Source: Desulfatibacillum sp.
GTDB taxonomy: Bacteria > Desulfobacterota > Desulfobacteria > Desulfobacterales > SpSt-501
Assembly: GCA_020725555.1 (NCBI GenBank)
Contig: DYEU01000032.1
Span: 241,656-305,655 of the forward strand
DNA: 64,000 nucleotides
Direction of reading: 5' to 3'
Position 1 is the stretch's first letter, and each line of letters opens with the position of its first letter. The translations under genes and the position numbers were made by a program. Below are positions 1-9,103 of the stretch, piece after piece. The notes below the pieces were generated by a model. It made no database searches. It saw only the letters and a program-made list of their open reading frames with translations, and was not told the DNA's origin.

Positions 1-378
1 ATGGGGGATTCAACGCAGGAGGTCGAGACGTGGTATCGCGATGCCGGCCTGGAACTCGCTGCCGGCTTCACCGCAACCGCCGACCACGTGGCGGCCGAGC
101 TCGAGTTCATGTATTTCCTCGCCGCGAAAGAACACGAAGCGCTGCAGGCCGCCGATGCGGCAAGCGCCGCCCATTTCCGCGGCAAACAGCGCGCCTTCTT
201 GAACCGACACCTGGGAGCCTGGGTGCCGGATTTCACGCGCAACGTCGAGGCGCAGGCCCGTACTCTTTTTTATCGCGGCCTCGCGACGGCCACACGGCTG
301 TTCGTCGAAAGAGAGGCCCTTCATTGGACACGGGCCGACAGCGCTCCGGTAGGAGGCGGTGATGAAGCCCTTCCATGA
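1..378 (+). CDS. TorD/DmsD/NarJ-family redox-enzyme maturation chaperone, C-terminal part (5' end outside window)
   Basis: ORF open to window edge. Motif HVAAELEFMYFL and FLNRHLGAWVP are typical of TorD-like chaperones. Balanced amino-acid composition. Confidence 0.65.
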   Translation: MGDSTQEVETWYRDAGLELAAGFTATADHVAAELEFMYFLAAKEHEALQAADAASAAHFRGKQRAFLNRHLGAWVPDFTRNVEAQARTLFYRGLATATRLFVEREALHWTRADSAPVGGGDEALP

Positions 379-1072
379 ACTCCTGAAGAGCTCCGCCGCC
401 GCCCACGGCCACCTGTGCCCGGGGCAGGTGGTCGGCGTGCGCATGGCGCTGCTCGGCTGCCGCTTGATCGGCCTCGAGGACCCCACCTGCCGCGAGCAGA
501 TCAAGAAGCTGGTCGTCTTCGTGGAAATGGACCGCTGCGCGGCCGACGCCGTGGCCCACGTGACCGGGGCGAAGCTCGGCCGCCGCAGCCTGAAGTTCGT
601 GGACTACGGCATCATGGCCGCCGCGTTTCTCAACCTGGAGACGGGAAAGGCCGTGCGCGTCCTCTCCACCGAGGAGGCGCGCGAGCTGGCCGCCGTCTAC
701 GCGCCGGAGATCTGCGGCCGGTCGCGGCAACAGCTCGTCGGCTACTGCCGCATGCCGGACAGCGTGCTCTTCCGCGTGCAGGAGGTGCGCATCCCCCTGA
801 GGCCGGTCGATCTTCCCGGGCCGAGCCGCAGCAAGGCCGCCTGCGACCGCTGCGGCCAGGTCGTGCGCGACGGCCGCGAGATCCGCCGCGAGGGGATGAC
901 CCTTTGCCGCCCCTGCGCCGAGGGGGCCTATTTCACCTCGGCGCGCGACATCTGCTGGCCCGAGATGAACTGGACGCCCGGGGAACCCCCGGGTCTGGAT
1001 GCGCCCCACGACGGCCCCGCTCCCGCCTCGCGCGGGGGGCGGCCGCGGGCGGAGGTGATCGTGCTGCGCTGA
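359..1072 (+). CDS. FmdE-family protein (FmdE domain plus C-terminal Cys4 zinc ribbon)
   Basis: HGHLCPGQVVGVRM and DRCAADAVAHVTG motifs characteristic of FmdE. C-terminal CDRCG...CRPC ribbon. Overlaps the upstream chaperone gene by 20 nt. Confidence 0.8.
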   Translation: MMKPFHELLKSSAAAHGHLCPGQVVGVRMALLGCRLIGLEDPTCREQIKKLVVFVEMDRCAADAVAHVTGAKLGRRSLKFVDYGIMAAAFLNLETGKAVRVLSTEEARELAAVYAPEICGRSRQQLVGYCRMPDSVLFRVQEVRIPLRPVDLPGPSRSKAACDRCGQVVRDGREIRREGMTLCRPCAEGAYFTSARDICWPEMNWTPGEPPGLDAPHDGPAPASRGGRPRAEVIVLR

Positions 1073-1141
1073 GCCCCGGCTTGCCCGACAACACCCAAGG
1101 CCGTAAGATCACCAAAAGACGGCCGACGAGGATCGAGACCG

Positions 1142-2173
1142 ATGATGAAGAAAATCCGCCTGCAGGACGCCGTGGGGACCCGGCTCGCCCACGACATCAC
1201 CGAAATCCGGCCCGGGGAGTTCAAGGGGCCGGCCTTCCGCAAGGGGCACACGGTGTGTGCGGAGGATCTCTGCCGCCTCCAGAAGCTCGGCAAGAACCAT
1301 CTCTACGTGCTCGAGACGGCCGAGGACGAGATCCACGAAAACGAGGCGGCCGCGCTCCTGGCCGCCGCCCTCGCCGGCGAGGGCACCGAGTGGGAAAACG
1401 ACCCGCGGGAGGGGAAAATCGCGATCCGCGCCGCCCGCGACGGCCTGCTCTGCGTCCACACCGCCGCCCTCGCCGCCTTCAACCTCGTCGACGAGGTGAT
1501 GTGCGCAACGCTCCACACCCACAGCCTCGTGCCGCGGGGAAAGATCGTGGCCACAACGCGGGCCATCCCCCTGGTGATGAAGCGCGCGCCGGTCGAGCGT
1601 GCGGCCGCGATCGCGCGGCAGGAGGGGGGCGTGGTGTCGGTCCGGCCGCTCCGCCGGGCGCGGGCCGGGCTGGTGATCACCGGCAGCGAGGTCTTCCACG
1701 GCCTGATCCCCGACCGCTTCGCCCCGATCCTCACCGCAAAGCTCGCGGCGCTGGGAAGCGAGACGGCGGGGGTGCGTTTCGCGCCGGACGACACGGGCCT
1801 CATCCGCCAGGCGATCCTCGACCACCTCGCCGCCGGCTGCGACCTGATCCTGCTCTCCGGCGGCATGAGCGTCGACCCCGACGACGTCACGCGCCTGGCC
1901 ATCCGCGAAGCCGGCGCCCGGGAACTCCACTACGGCGCCGCCGCGCTCCCGGGGGCCATGTTCCTCGTGGCCTGGATCGAGGACACCCCCGTGCTCGGCG
2001 TCCCCGCCTGCGGGCTCTATCACCGCACCACGGTCCTGGACCTCATCCTGCCGCGCATCCTCGCCGGCGAGCGCATCGGGAAAAAGGAGCTCGCCTTTCT
2101 GGGGCACGGCGGGCTCTGCCAGGACTGCACGGCCTGCAACTTCCCGCACTGCGCGTTCGGCAAAGGGGCCTGA
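1142..2173 (+). CDS. Molybdopterin-binding (MoCF_biosynth/MogA-MoaB-like domain) protein
   Basis: LVITGSEV...LILLSGGMSVDPDDVT core typical of the MoCF biosynthesis domain. About 340-aa architecture seen next to FmdE genes. Confidence 0.7.
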   Translation: MMKKIRLQDAVGTRLAHDITEIRPGEFKGPAFRKGHTVCAEDLCRLQKLGKNHLYVLETAEDEIHENEAAALLAAALAGEGTEWENDPREGKIAIRAARDGLLCVHTAALAAFNLVDEVMCATLHTHSLVPRGKIVATTRAIPLVMKRAPVERAAAIARQEGGVVSVRPLRRARAGLVITGSEVFHGLIPDRFAPILTAKLAALGSETAGVRFAPDDTGLIRQAILDHLAAGCDLILLSGGMSVDPDDVTRLAIREAGARELHYGAAALPGAMFLVAWIEDTPVLGVPACGLYHRTTVLDLILPRILAGERIGKKELAFLGHGGLCQDCTACNFPHCAFGKGA

Positions 2174-2181
2174 GTCCGCCC

Positions 2182-2757
2182 ATGGAGCGCAGCGAAGCCG
2201 CGATGACTCCGCCCAAGGGGCCGCCGATCCGCCTGAGCGCCCTGGATCCGCAGTTTTCCCGCGAGATCAAGCGCCTGGCGGGCACCGACTTCCACGCCTG
2301 CCTGCAGTGCCGCAGCTGCAGCGGGGGCTGCCCCTTCAGCGACCACATGGACTACATGCCCAACGGCGTCATGCGCCTGGTGCAGCTCGGGCTCAAGCAG
2401 GAGGCGCTCTCCTGCAACACCATTTGGATCTGCGTCGGCTGCCACACCTGCTCGATCCAGTGCCCGATGGCGATCGACATCCCCGGCGTAATGGATGCCC
2501 TGCGGGAGCGGGCCCTCGCCGAACGCGTCGCGGTGATCGAGCCCGACATCCTCGCCTTCCACCGCGAGGTGTTGCACTCGATTGCGCGCTACGGCCGCAC
2601 CCACAAGCTGGAAATCATGCTGCGCTACAAGCTGAAACGGCGCGATCTCTTCAGCGACCTCGACGTGGGCCTGCGCATGCTCGCCAAGCGCAAGCTCGAT
2701 CTCACCCCCTCGCGCATCGAGCAGATCGCGGAGATCCAGAAGGTGTTCCGCCCATGA
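2182..2757 (+). CDS. HdrC-like 4Fe-4S dicluster protein
   Basis: Two ferredoxin motifs, CLQCRSCSGGCP and CVGCHTCSIQCP. The internal ATG at 2182 was chosen inside the artefactually long ORF 415..2757; the upstream part is Arg/Pro-rich and overlaps real genes. Confidence 0.8.
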   Translation: MERSEAAMTPPKGPPIRLSALDPQFSREIKRLAGTDFHACLQCRSCSGGCPFSDHMDYMPNGVMRLVQLGLKQEALSCNTIWICVGCHTCSIQCPMAIDIPGVMDALRERALAERVAVIEPDILAFHREVLHSIARYGRTHKLEIMLRYKLKRRDLFSDLDVGLRMLAKRKLDLTPSRIEQIAEIQKVFRP

Positions 2758-3617
2758 CCGCCGCCGGCCGCGCCGCGCCGATCGAAGTCTCCTACTTCCC
2801 GGGTTGCTCGCTGGCCACCACGGCGAAGGAGAACAACCAGTCGTTGATCGAGTCCTGCGCCCGCTTGGGCATCCGGCTCGTCGAGATCCCGGACTGGAAC
2901 TGCTGCGGCAGCTCCTCGGCCCACAGCATCGACCACCGGATCGCCTTCGACCTCGCCTGCCGCAACCTCGCCCTCGCCCCCGCCGGAAGGCCCCTGGTCA
3001 CGGCCTGCCCGAGCTGCACGCTGCGCCTCAAACACGCCCAGCACCTCCTGCGACACGACGCCGGGGCCCGCGGCCGATACGAGACGCTCTGGGGCCGTCC
3101 CTACGACCCCGACCTCCACGTGCGGCACTTCTTCGGGCTGATGGTGGAGATCGACTGGCGATCCCGCATCGGAAACGGGGATGTCGTCCCGCTCGATCTC
3201 ACCTTCGCCCCCTACTACGGCTGCATGCTCAACCGGCCGGCGGCGCTGCGGCCGAGCACCGACCACCACGGGGTCATGGAACGGGTGCTCGGCGACCTCG
3301 GCATGCGCTCCGTTCTCTGGGCCTCTTCGACCCAGTGCTGCGGGACCTTTCTCACCGTCGCCCGGCCGGACATCGTCACCCCGAAGGTGAACGCGATCCT
3401 GCAAAACGCGGCGGACAGCGGGGCCGAGTGCGTCGTCACGGCCTGCGCCATGTGCCATATGAACCTCGAGGTGCGCTGCACGCTCAAGGCCCCGATCCCG
3501 ATCTTCCATTTTTCGGAGCTGATCGCGCTCGCCTTCGGCTCCGCCCGGCGCGACTGGTTTTCGCGCCACCTCATCGACCCGCGGCCGCTTCTCTCCCGCA
3601 AGGGGCTTGCCGCCTGA
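2754..3617 (+). CDS. HdrB-like protein with two CCG-type cysteine-rich domains
   Basis: YFPGCS...NCCGSS...CPSC and YYGC...CCGTF...CAMC patterns. Start ATG overlaps the hdrC-like stop (ATGA at 2754-2757), implying translational coupling. Confidence 0.8.
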   Translation: MTAAGRAAPIEVSYFPGCSLATTAKENNQSLIESCARLGIRLVEIPDWNCCGSSSAHSIDHRIAFDLACRNLALAPAGRPLVTACPSCTLRLKHAQHLLRHDAGARGRYETLWGRPYDPDLHVRHFFGLMVEIDWRSRIGNGDVVPLDLTFAPYYGCMLNRPAALRPSTDHHGVMERVLGDLGMRSVLWASSTQCCGTFLTVARPDIVTPKVNAILQNAADSGAECVVTACAMCHMNLEVRCTLKAPIPIFHFSELIALAFGSARRDWFSRHLIDPRPLLSRKGLAA

Positions 3618-3681
3618 GGCCCTATCCCCCACTGTTCCCGTTGCGGCACGCGTCCAGCACCCGGCGGACGTCGGGCAGGCA

Positions 3682-3861
3682 TCACGTCCCCCGGGGGTTC
3701 GCCGCGGCGCAACGGCAGGCCCCGAGGCGCTTGGCGGCGAGGATCTCCTCAAGGATCCGCGAGCGCCCGTGTTCCAGGAAATCCCGGACGATCCGCTCCC
3801 GCGTGTGCCCGAAGCAGAAACAGATCGTCTCGTCCTCCGGCCGATCCCGTTCATCGCCCAT
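3682..3861 (-). CDS. Small BFD-like [2Fe-2S]-binding domain protein
   Basis: 59 aa, MGDERDRPEDETICFCFGHTRERIVRDFL...GACRCAAANPRG, matching the bacterioferritin-associated-ferredoxin-like Cys pattern. Start overlaps the moeA stop. Confidence 0.55.
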   Translation of the reverse strand: MGDERDRPEDETICFCFGHTRERIVRDFLEHGRSRILEEILAAKRLGACRCAAANPRGT

Positions 3862-5110
3862 GGAACCGGGGCACCTCCAGCAGTTCGATGGTGACCGGCT
3901 CCCCGGCGGCGAAAGACTCCCGCTCCTCCGGCAACACGACGAGCGCCTGCTTGTCGGCGAGCGAGCGCAGCACGCTGCCCCCGCGGAGGGGAAACGCCTC
4001 GGGCGGATCGGGGCCGGCCGCGAGCCTGACGGGCACAACGCGGGTCCAGCCGCGCTCCCCGCGCACGGCCTCGGCGAGACGGGCCCCGATCCGGGGGAAG
4101 GCCGGCGGCCCCTCCCCGCGCATGCGCAACAGGGCCGGCAGGGCGAGCATCAGGAACGCCGTCTCGTTGGCCGAGGGGCCGCCGGGCAAAAGGAAAAGCG
4201 GCTTTCCCGCAAGGAGGCCGAAGCCGACCGGCTTCCCCGGGCTCATCCGCACGCGGCGGTAAATCCCCTTGAGCCCCAGGTCGAGGGCCGCGTTCCAGGT
4301 GAGGTCCTTTTCGCTTCCCCAGGCCCCGCCGCAGGTGATCAGGGCATCGCAGCGGGAAAGCGCCCGCTCGAGCGCCCGGGCGATCTCCCCGCGCCGGTCG
4401 GCAACGACCCCGGCCTCGCAGGGGATGCCGAAGCGGGCCAGCCAGGCCGAGATCTGGACCAGGTTGCTCGCGTAGAGCTTTCCCGGCCCGAGCGGCTCTC
4501 CGGGGAGGACAAGCTCGCTGCCGGCGGCGATCACGGAGACGCGGGGATTGCCCACGACGCGCACCTGCGCATGGCCGGAGGCGGCGATCAGGGCGAGCAG
4601 GGCGGGCCCCAGCCGGGCCCCGGGGGAGGCAACGCGCTCGCCGGCCCGGATGTCGGCCCCCTGCAGCAGAATGTTCCTTCCGGGCTCGGCCGTGTTGCGG
4701 CAATGGAGACTTCCGCCCTCGAGGGCGGCGTACTCTTCGGAGAGCACCGCATCCGCCCCTTGCGGCAGGGGGGCGCCCGTGGTGACGCGGTGGGCCTGGC
4801 CGCGGCCGATGCGGCCCGCGAGTGCATCCCCGGCGCCCGAGCGGCCCGTGACCTGCAGCGTGACCGGGTTGTCCGGGGCGGCGTGTCGGAGGTCTTCGGA
4901 GACCACCGCATAGCCGTCGCGGCGCGAGGTCGCATGGAGCGGGCAGTCCACGCGGGCAAGGATCTCCCCCGCCAGCGTGCGGCCGAGCGCCGCCTCGAGC
5001 GGCAGCTCCTCCGCCGTCAGGGGGGTCGCATGCGCCAGCGTCATGGAGAGCGCTTCGCGGAAGCCGATGGCCGTGTCCATGCCGTCCTCGAACGCAGGCC
5101 GACCCGCCAC
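3851..5110 (-). CDS. moeA: Molybdopterin molybdotransferase MoeA
   Basis: SRRDGYAV, TGAPLPQGADAV and GGAWGSEKD motifs, about 410 aa. The start could instead be the internal Met at 5080. Confidence 0.88.
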   Translation of the reverse strand: MAGRPAFEDGMDTAIGFREALSMTLAHATPLTAEELPLEAALGRTLAGEILARVDCPLHATSRRDGYAVVSEDLRHAAPDNPVTLQVTGRSGAGDALAGRIGRGQAHRVTTGAPLPQGADAVLSEEYAALEGGSLHCRNTAEPGRNILLQGADIRAGERVASPGARLGPALLALIAASGHAQVRVVGNPRVSVIAAGSELVLPGEPLGPGKLYASNLVQISAWLARFGIPCEAGVVADRRGEIARALERALSRCDALITCGGAWGSEKDLTWNAALDLGLKGIYRRVRMSPGKPVGFGLLAGKPLFLLPGGPSANETAFLMLALPALLRMRGEGPPAFPRIGARLAEAVRGERGWTRVVPVRLAAGPDPPEAFPLRGGSVLRSLADKQALVVLPEERESFAAGEPVTIELLEVPRFHGR

Positions 5111-5191
5111 GCGGGTTGCAAGGCGGGGGCCGCCCGCGATAGACTTTCCTTACCATAGATCCCGATTCCCCCCCAAGGAGGAAAACGAACC

Positions 5192-5608
5192 ATGCCCCGA
5201 GGCCGATCCCTGATCCGACCGCTGGCCTTCTTCATGGCTTCCTGGATGCTCTTTACGGTCCTTCCTGTGGGGCCCGTGTCCGCCGCCCTCATCCCCACCG
5301 GCGAGCTGCTGCCCCAGGAGGGGTCTGGCGAAGCGGCGCGCGCAAAGATCCGCAGCCTGCTCGCCCGGGAGGAGGTGCAGGCCCGCCTCCGCGCGCAGGG
5401 GATCGACCCCGCGGAAGCTAAGGCCCGTGTGGCCGCCCTCTCCGACACCGAGGCCCGGGAGATCGCCCGCCGGATCGATGCGCTGCCCGCCGGGTCCGGC
5501 GCCGTCGGGGTGCTGGTCACGGCGATCCTGATCGTGTTCCTGGTCCTCCTGCTGACCGATCTGCTGGGCCTGACGGATGTCTTCCCCTTTGTGCGCAAAC
5601 ACCGCTAG
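5192..5608 (+). CDS. PA2779-family protein (signal peptide, Ala/Glu-rich helical repeat, C-terminal TM)
   Basis: LLAREEVQARLRAQGIDPAEAKARVAALSDTEAREIARRIDALPAGS followed by LLLTDLLGLTDVFPF, as I recall for the PA2779 family. AAGGAGG RBS precedes the ATG. Confidence 0.6.
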   Translation: MPRGRSLIRPLAFFMASWMLFTVLPVGPVSAALIPTGELLPQEGSGEAARAKIRSLLAREEVQARLRAQGIDPAEAKARVAALSDTEAREIARRIDALPAGSGAVGVLVTAILIVFLVLLLTDLLGLTDVFPFVRKHR

Positions 5609-5665
5609 CCGGCCGGGGCCTCTTGCCCCGCGGGCTGCCGCGCCGCTCCGCGGACCCCGCTGCCG

Positions 5666-6907
5666 ATGACCCCTGAGCCGCCGATCGCGCCGGATCCCTC
5701 CTGGAAACGAACGCTCGCCGTGATGGTGTTCTGCCAGGTGATCTCCTCGATCGGTTTTTCGAGCGTGTTTCCGTTTCTCCCGCTCTACGTCAAATCCCTC
5801 GGCTCGGTCACGGGGACGGACACCGAAATCCTCGCGGGGCTTGTCTTCTCCGGCCAGGCCCTCTCCATGGCCGTCGCCTCGCCGTTCTGGGGAGCGCTCG
5901 CCGACCGCTGGGGCAAGAAGCTCATGGTGGAGCGCGCCATGTTCGGCGGCGCGCTGCTTCTCGGCCTGATGGCCTTCGTGCGCTCGGCCGAGGAGCTCGT
6001 CGTGCTGCGGACCCTCCAGGGGGCGGTCACCGGCACGATCGCCGCGGCGAACGCCCTCGTCGCCGCGGCCGCCCCCCGCAAACGCTCGGGCTGGGCCATG
6101 GGGCTGCTCCAGGTCGGGCTGGCCGCGGGGGTCGGCGTCGGCCCCGTGATCGGCGGCGCCGTGGCCGACGCCTTCGGCTACGCGGCGGCCTTCTACGTCA
6201 CAAGCGCCCTGCTCGCCCTGGCCGGCGTCATCGTCGCCTTCGCGGTTCGCGAGCCGCGCGCGGCAGGGGAGGGCGCGCGCCGGCCCCACTCCGGCTTCCG
6301 CAGCGAGTGGCGGCACGTCCTCGGCGCCTCCGGAGTCGTCCCCTGCTATCTTCTGCGGTTCATCGACTCGCTGTGCCGCATGGCGTTCATCCCCATCCTG
6401 TCGCTCTACGCCTTCGAGCTGCTCGCCGACCCCGCCGGCGTGAACCGCTACACGGGGCTGGTCATCGGGGCCTCCTCGGCCGCGGCCGCGGCCGCCGCGG
6501 TGTTCTTCGGCCGCCTCGGCGACCGCCTCGGCCACCGCCCCCTCGTCTTCGGCTGCGCGCTCATGGGCGGTGCCGCCTTCCTGCTGCAGGTCGCCACCCG
6601 GGACCGCGCCGGCTTTCTGATGCTGCATCTCTTCGCCGGCATCGCGCACGGCGGCATCGTCACCGGCGTGAGCGCCCTGCTGGCGCGCTACACGGACTGC
6701 GGGGAGGAGGGTGCGGTCTACGGCCTGGACAACTCGGTGAACGCCGCCGCCCGCGCCCTCGCCCCGATGGTCGGCGTCACGATCGGCCTCTTCCTCGGCT
6801 ACCGGGCCGTCTTCGGGGCCATCGCCCTGTTCTACCTCGCCGCCGCCCTGATCGCCGGCCGCGCCCTGCCGCGGCCCGGCCCCCCCTGCCCGGCTCCCGC
6901 GCCCTGA
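5666..6907 (+). CDS. MFS transporter
   Basis: 12-TM-like hydrophobic pattern. GALADRWGKK loop motif between TM2 and TM3. Confidence 0.85.
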   Translation: MTPEPPIAPDPSWKRTLAVMVFCQVISSIGFSSVFPFLPLYVKSLGSVTGTDTEILAGLVFSGQALSMAVASPFWGALADRWGKKLMVERAMFGGALLLGLMAFVRSAEELVVLRTLQGAVTGTIAAANALVAAAAPRKRSGWAMGLLQVGLAAGVGVGPVIGGAVADAFGYAAAFYVTSALLALAGVIVAFAVREPRAAGEGARRPHSGFRSEWRHVLGASGVVPCYLLRFIDSLCRMAFIPILSLYAFELLADPAGVNRYTGLVIGASSAAAAAAAVFFGRLGDRLGHRPLVFGCALMGGAAFLLQVATRDRAGFLMLHLFAGIAHGGIVTGVSALLARYTDCGEEGAVYGLDNSVNAAARALAPMVGVTIGLFLGYRAVFGAIALFYLAAALIAGRALPRPGPPCPAPAP

Positions 6908-6920
6908 GCGCAGCGGCTCT

Positions 6921-6948
6921 TTGCCGCGGCGGCGTAACGTGCTATCAT
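6921..6948 (+). promoter_or_regulatory. Candidate sigma-70-type promoter for the ABC importer operon
   Basis: TTGCCG (6921-6926), 16-nt spacer, TATCAT (6943-6948). About 45 nt upstream of an AAAGGAGGA RBS and the ATG at 6995. Confidence 0.35.
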
Positions 6949-6994
6949 CCCGGAGAATCCGCTCCGCGCAGGCCTGCGAAAGGAGGAAAAGCCC

Positions 6995-7993
6995 ATGAAC
7001 GCGATCGCCCTGCTGCTCTGCGGGCTCGCGGCCGCCACCGCCGCTTTCGCCGCCGACCCCTCCCTGGTCGAGAAGGCCCGGGCTGAGAAGAAAGCGGCCT
7101 TCTACGCCAACATCACCGCGGTCGAGCCCATCCTCGAGGCCTTCGCCGCAGCCACCGGCGTCAAGGCCGAGTACACCCGACTTTCGACCTCCAAGTTCGT
7201 CTCCACCGTCCTGACCGAGCACCAGGCGAGGAAGCTTGCCGCCGACGTGCTGCAGGCGCCGCTGCCCATTCTCGAGCTCCTCAAGGAAAAGGGGGTGCTC
7301 GCCGCCCACCGCCCCGCCGCCCTGAAGGCCTACCCCGCGTGGGCGCAGCGGGACGATTGCATCTTCACCTTCGGGATCGAATACGTCGCCCCGATCTACA
7401 ACAAGGATCTCGTCAAGCCCGCCGACGTGCCCCGGCGCTACGAGGACCTCGCCGACCCGAAGTGGAAGGACAAAATCGTCATGGCCGATCCCTCCTCGCA
7501 CGCCACGACCATCTCCTGGCTCGTCGGGTTGAAGGAAAAGGCGTTCCCGGACGAGGAGGCCTGGCGGCGCTTTCTCAAGGGCCTCGCCGCCAACCGGCCG
7601 ATGTTCGTCGCTTCCTTCGGGCCCACGCCGGCGCCGATCGAAAGCGGCGAAAAATGGATCGCGATCTCGATGCCCAAGTACATCGTGACCAAAGCCCCCG
7701 CCCCCCTGGACTGGGCGCGGGTCGAGCAGCCGCTCTTCGGCACCCCCCGCGCCATGGCGATCGCCGCCGCCGCTCCCCGGCCGAACGCGGCCCGTCTCTT
7801 CGCCGAGTACTGGCTTTCCCGCGAGGCGATGACGATCCTCGCCGAAAAGGTGGGCGAATACGTGCTGCACCCGGGCATCTTCCCGCCGATCGCGGGCATC
7901 CAAACGGCGCGCGTCGAGGCGATCCGCGAGCTGCCCGACGAGGAGATCCGCCGCTGGGGGGCGGAATTCAAGAAACTCTTCAACACGCCCTGA
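6995..7993 (+). CDS. ABC transporter periplasmic substrate-binding protein (family 1; Fe3+/thiamine/2-AEP-like, substrate unknown)
   Basis: Signal peptide MNAIALLLCGLAAATAAFA. About 330 aa. Followed by ATPase and fused-permease genes. Confidence 0.8.
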   Translation: MNAIALLLCGLAAATAAFAADPSLVEKARAEKKAAFYANITAVEPILEAFAAATGVKAEYTRLSTSKFVSTVLTEHQARKLAADVLQAPLPILELLKEKGVLAAHRPAALKAYPAWAQRDDCIFTFGIEYVAPIYNKDLVKPADVPRRYEDLADPKWKDKIVMADPSSHATTISWLVGLKEKAFPDEEAWRRFLKGLAANRPMFVASFGPTPAPIESGEKWIAISMPKYIVTKAPAPLDWARVEQPLFGTPRAMAIAAAAPRPNAARLFAEYWLSREAMTILAEKVGEYVLHPGIFPPIAGIQTARVEAIRELPDEEIRRWGAEFKKLFNTP

Positions 7994-8014
7994 CCGCCGC
8001 CGGGGGGGTCGACC

Positions 8015-9103
8015 GTGGAGATCCGCATCCAGGGCCTACGCCGGATGTTCCCGGCCCACGGGAAGGTCATCCGGGCGCTCGACGGTGTGGACCTCGACAT
8101 CCCGGCCCGGAGCATCTTCACCCTGCTCGGGCCGAGCGGCTGCGGCAAGACCACGCTTCTGCGCTGCATCGTCGGCCTGGAGGTGCCCGATGCCGGTGAG
8201 ATCGCGATCGGCGGGGAAACCGTTTTCTCGAGCGCCCGGGGCATCTTCGTCCCCCCGGAAAAGCGCGGCCTCGGCATGGTCTTTCAGACCTACGCCATCT
8301 GGCCGCACATGAACGTCTTCCAGAACGTCGCCTACCCGCTTGAGACGCGGAAGCTGCCCCGCATGGAGATCCGCGAGCGGGTGCGCCGCGTGCTCGAGTT
8401 CGTCCAGCTCGCGGGCCTTGAATCCCGTCCGGCGACCCGGCTCTCCGGCGGGCAGCAGCAGCGCGTCGCCCTGGCCCGGGCGCTGGTCGCCGAGCCGCGG
8501 GTGATCCTCTTCGACGAGCCTCTCTCCAACCTCGACGCCAAGCTGCGCGAGGAAACCCGCAAAGAGCTGCGTGCCTTTCTCTCGCGACTCCACATCACCG
8601 CCGTTTACGTGACCCACGACCGCACCGAAGCCCTCTCCCTCTCCGACCGCATCGCCGTCATGAACGACGGCCGGATCCTCGAGGTGGGCTCCCCGCGGCA
8701 GATCTACTTCCGCTCCGGCCGCCGCTTCGTGGCCGATTTCGTCGGCCGCGCAAACCTGCTTGAGGGGCGGCTCCGCGCCCTGGCGGGGGACCTTGCGGTC
8801 GTGGATTCCGAAGTCGGGGTGCTGCGTTGCGCCGCCCGGGAAGGCCTTGCGACCGGCTCCCCGGTCACGGTGTGCATCCGGCCCGAGAACATCCGTGTCC
8901 CCCCGCCGCCGGAGGAGGCCGACGCGAATCGCCTGCGGGGGACGGTCGAAAGCCTGCTCTTCGTCGGGGAAAGCTGCGAAGGGGAAATCCGCGTCGGCGG
9001 CCGACGCTTGCTCGTGGAACTCCCGGCCGAAGGCGAGCTCGCCGAGGGCGGTGAAGTTGAACTCGGCTTCGCGCCGCGGCACGCCCTGTTGCTCACCCCA
9101 TGA
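8015..9103 (+). CDS. ABC transporter ATP-binding protein (FbpC/PotA-like, with C-terminal TOBE-like region)
   Basis: Walker A GPSGCGKTT, signature [15 protein letters not shown], Walker B ILFDEPLS. GTG start. Confidence 0.9.
   Translation: MEIRIQGLRRMFPAHGKVIRALDGVDLDIPARSIFTLLGPSGCGKTTLLRCIVGLEVPDAGEIAIGGETVFSSARGIFVPPEKRGLGMVFQTYAIWPHMNVFQNVAYPLETRKLPRMEIRERVRRVLEFVQLAGLESRPATRLSGGQQQRVALARALVAEPRVILFDEPLSNLDAKLREETRKELRAFLSRLHITAVYVTHDRTEALSLSDRIAVMNDGRILEVGSPRQIYFRSGRRFVADFVGRANLLEGRLRALAGDLAVVDSEVGVLRCAAREGLATGSPVTVCIRPENIRVPPPPEEADANRLRGTVESLLFVGESCEGEIRVGGRRLLVELPAEGELAEGGEVELGFAPRHALLLTP

Noticed and set aside
415-2181. N-terminal 589 codons of the track ORF 415..2757
   Set aside because: Only the last 192 codons (from the ATG at 2182) carry the HdrC-like ferredoxin motifs. 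The upstream part is Arg/Pro-rich and overlaps the FmdE and MoCF genes in another frame.
2625-5156. 843-aa minus-strand ORF, with similar giants at 2804..5158 (+), 5150..7903 (-), 14817..17453 (-), 22149..24923 (+), 37760..39619 (-) and 58830..61847 (+)
   Set aside because: Extreme Arg/Pro/Gly/Ala composition with no recognisable motifs. Each lies antisense to or out of frame with genes carrying clear family signatures. These are the expected stop-codon-poor shadow ORFs of GC-rich DNA.
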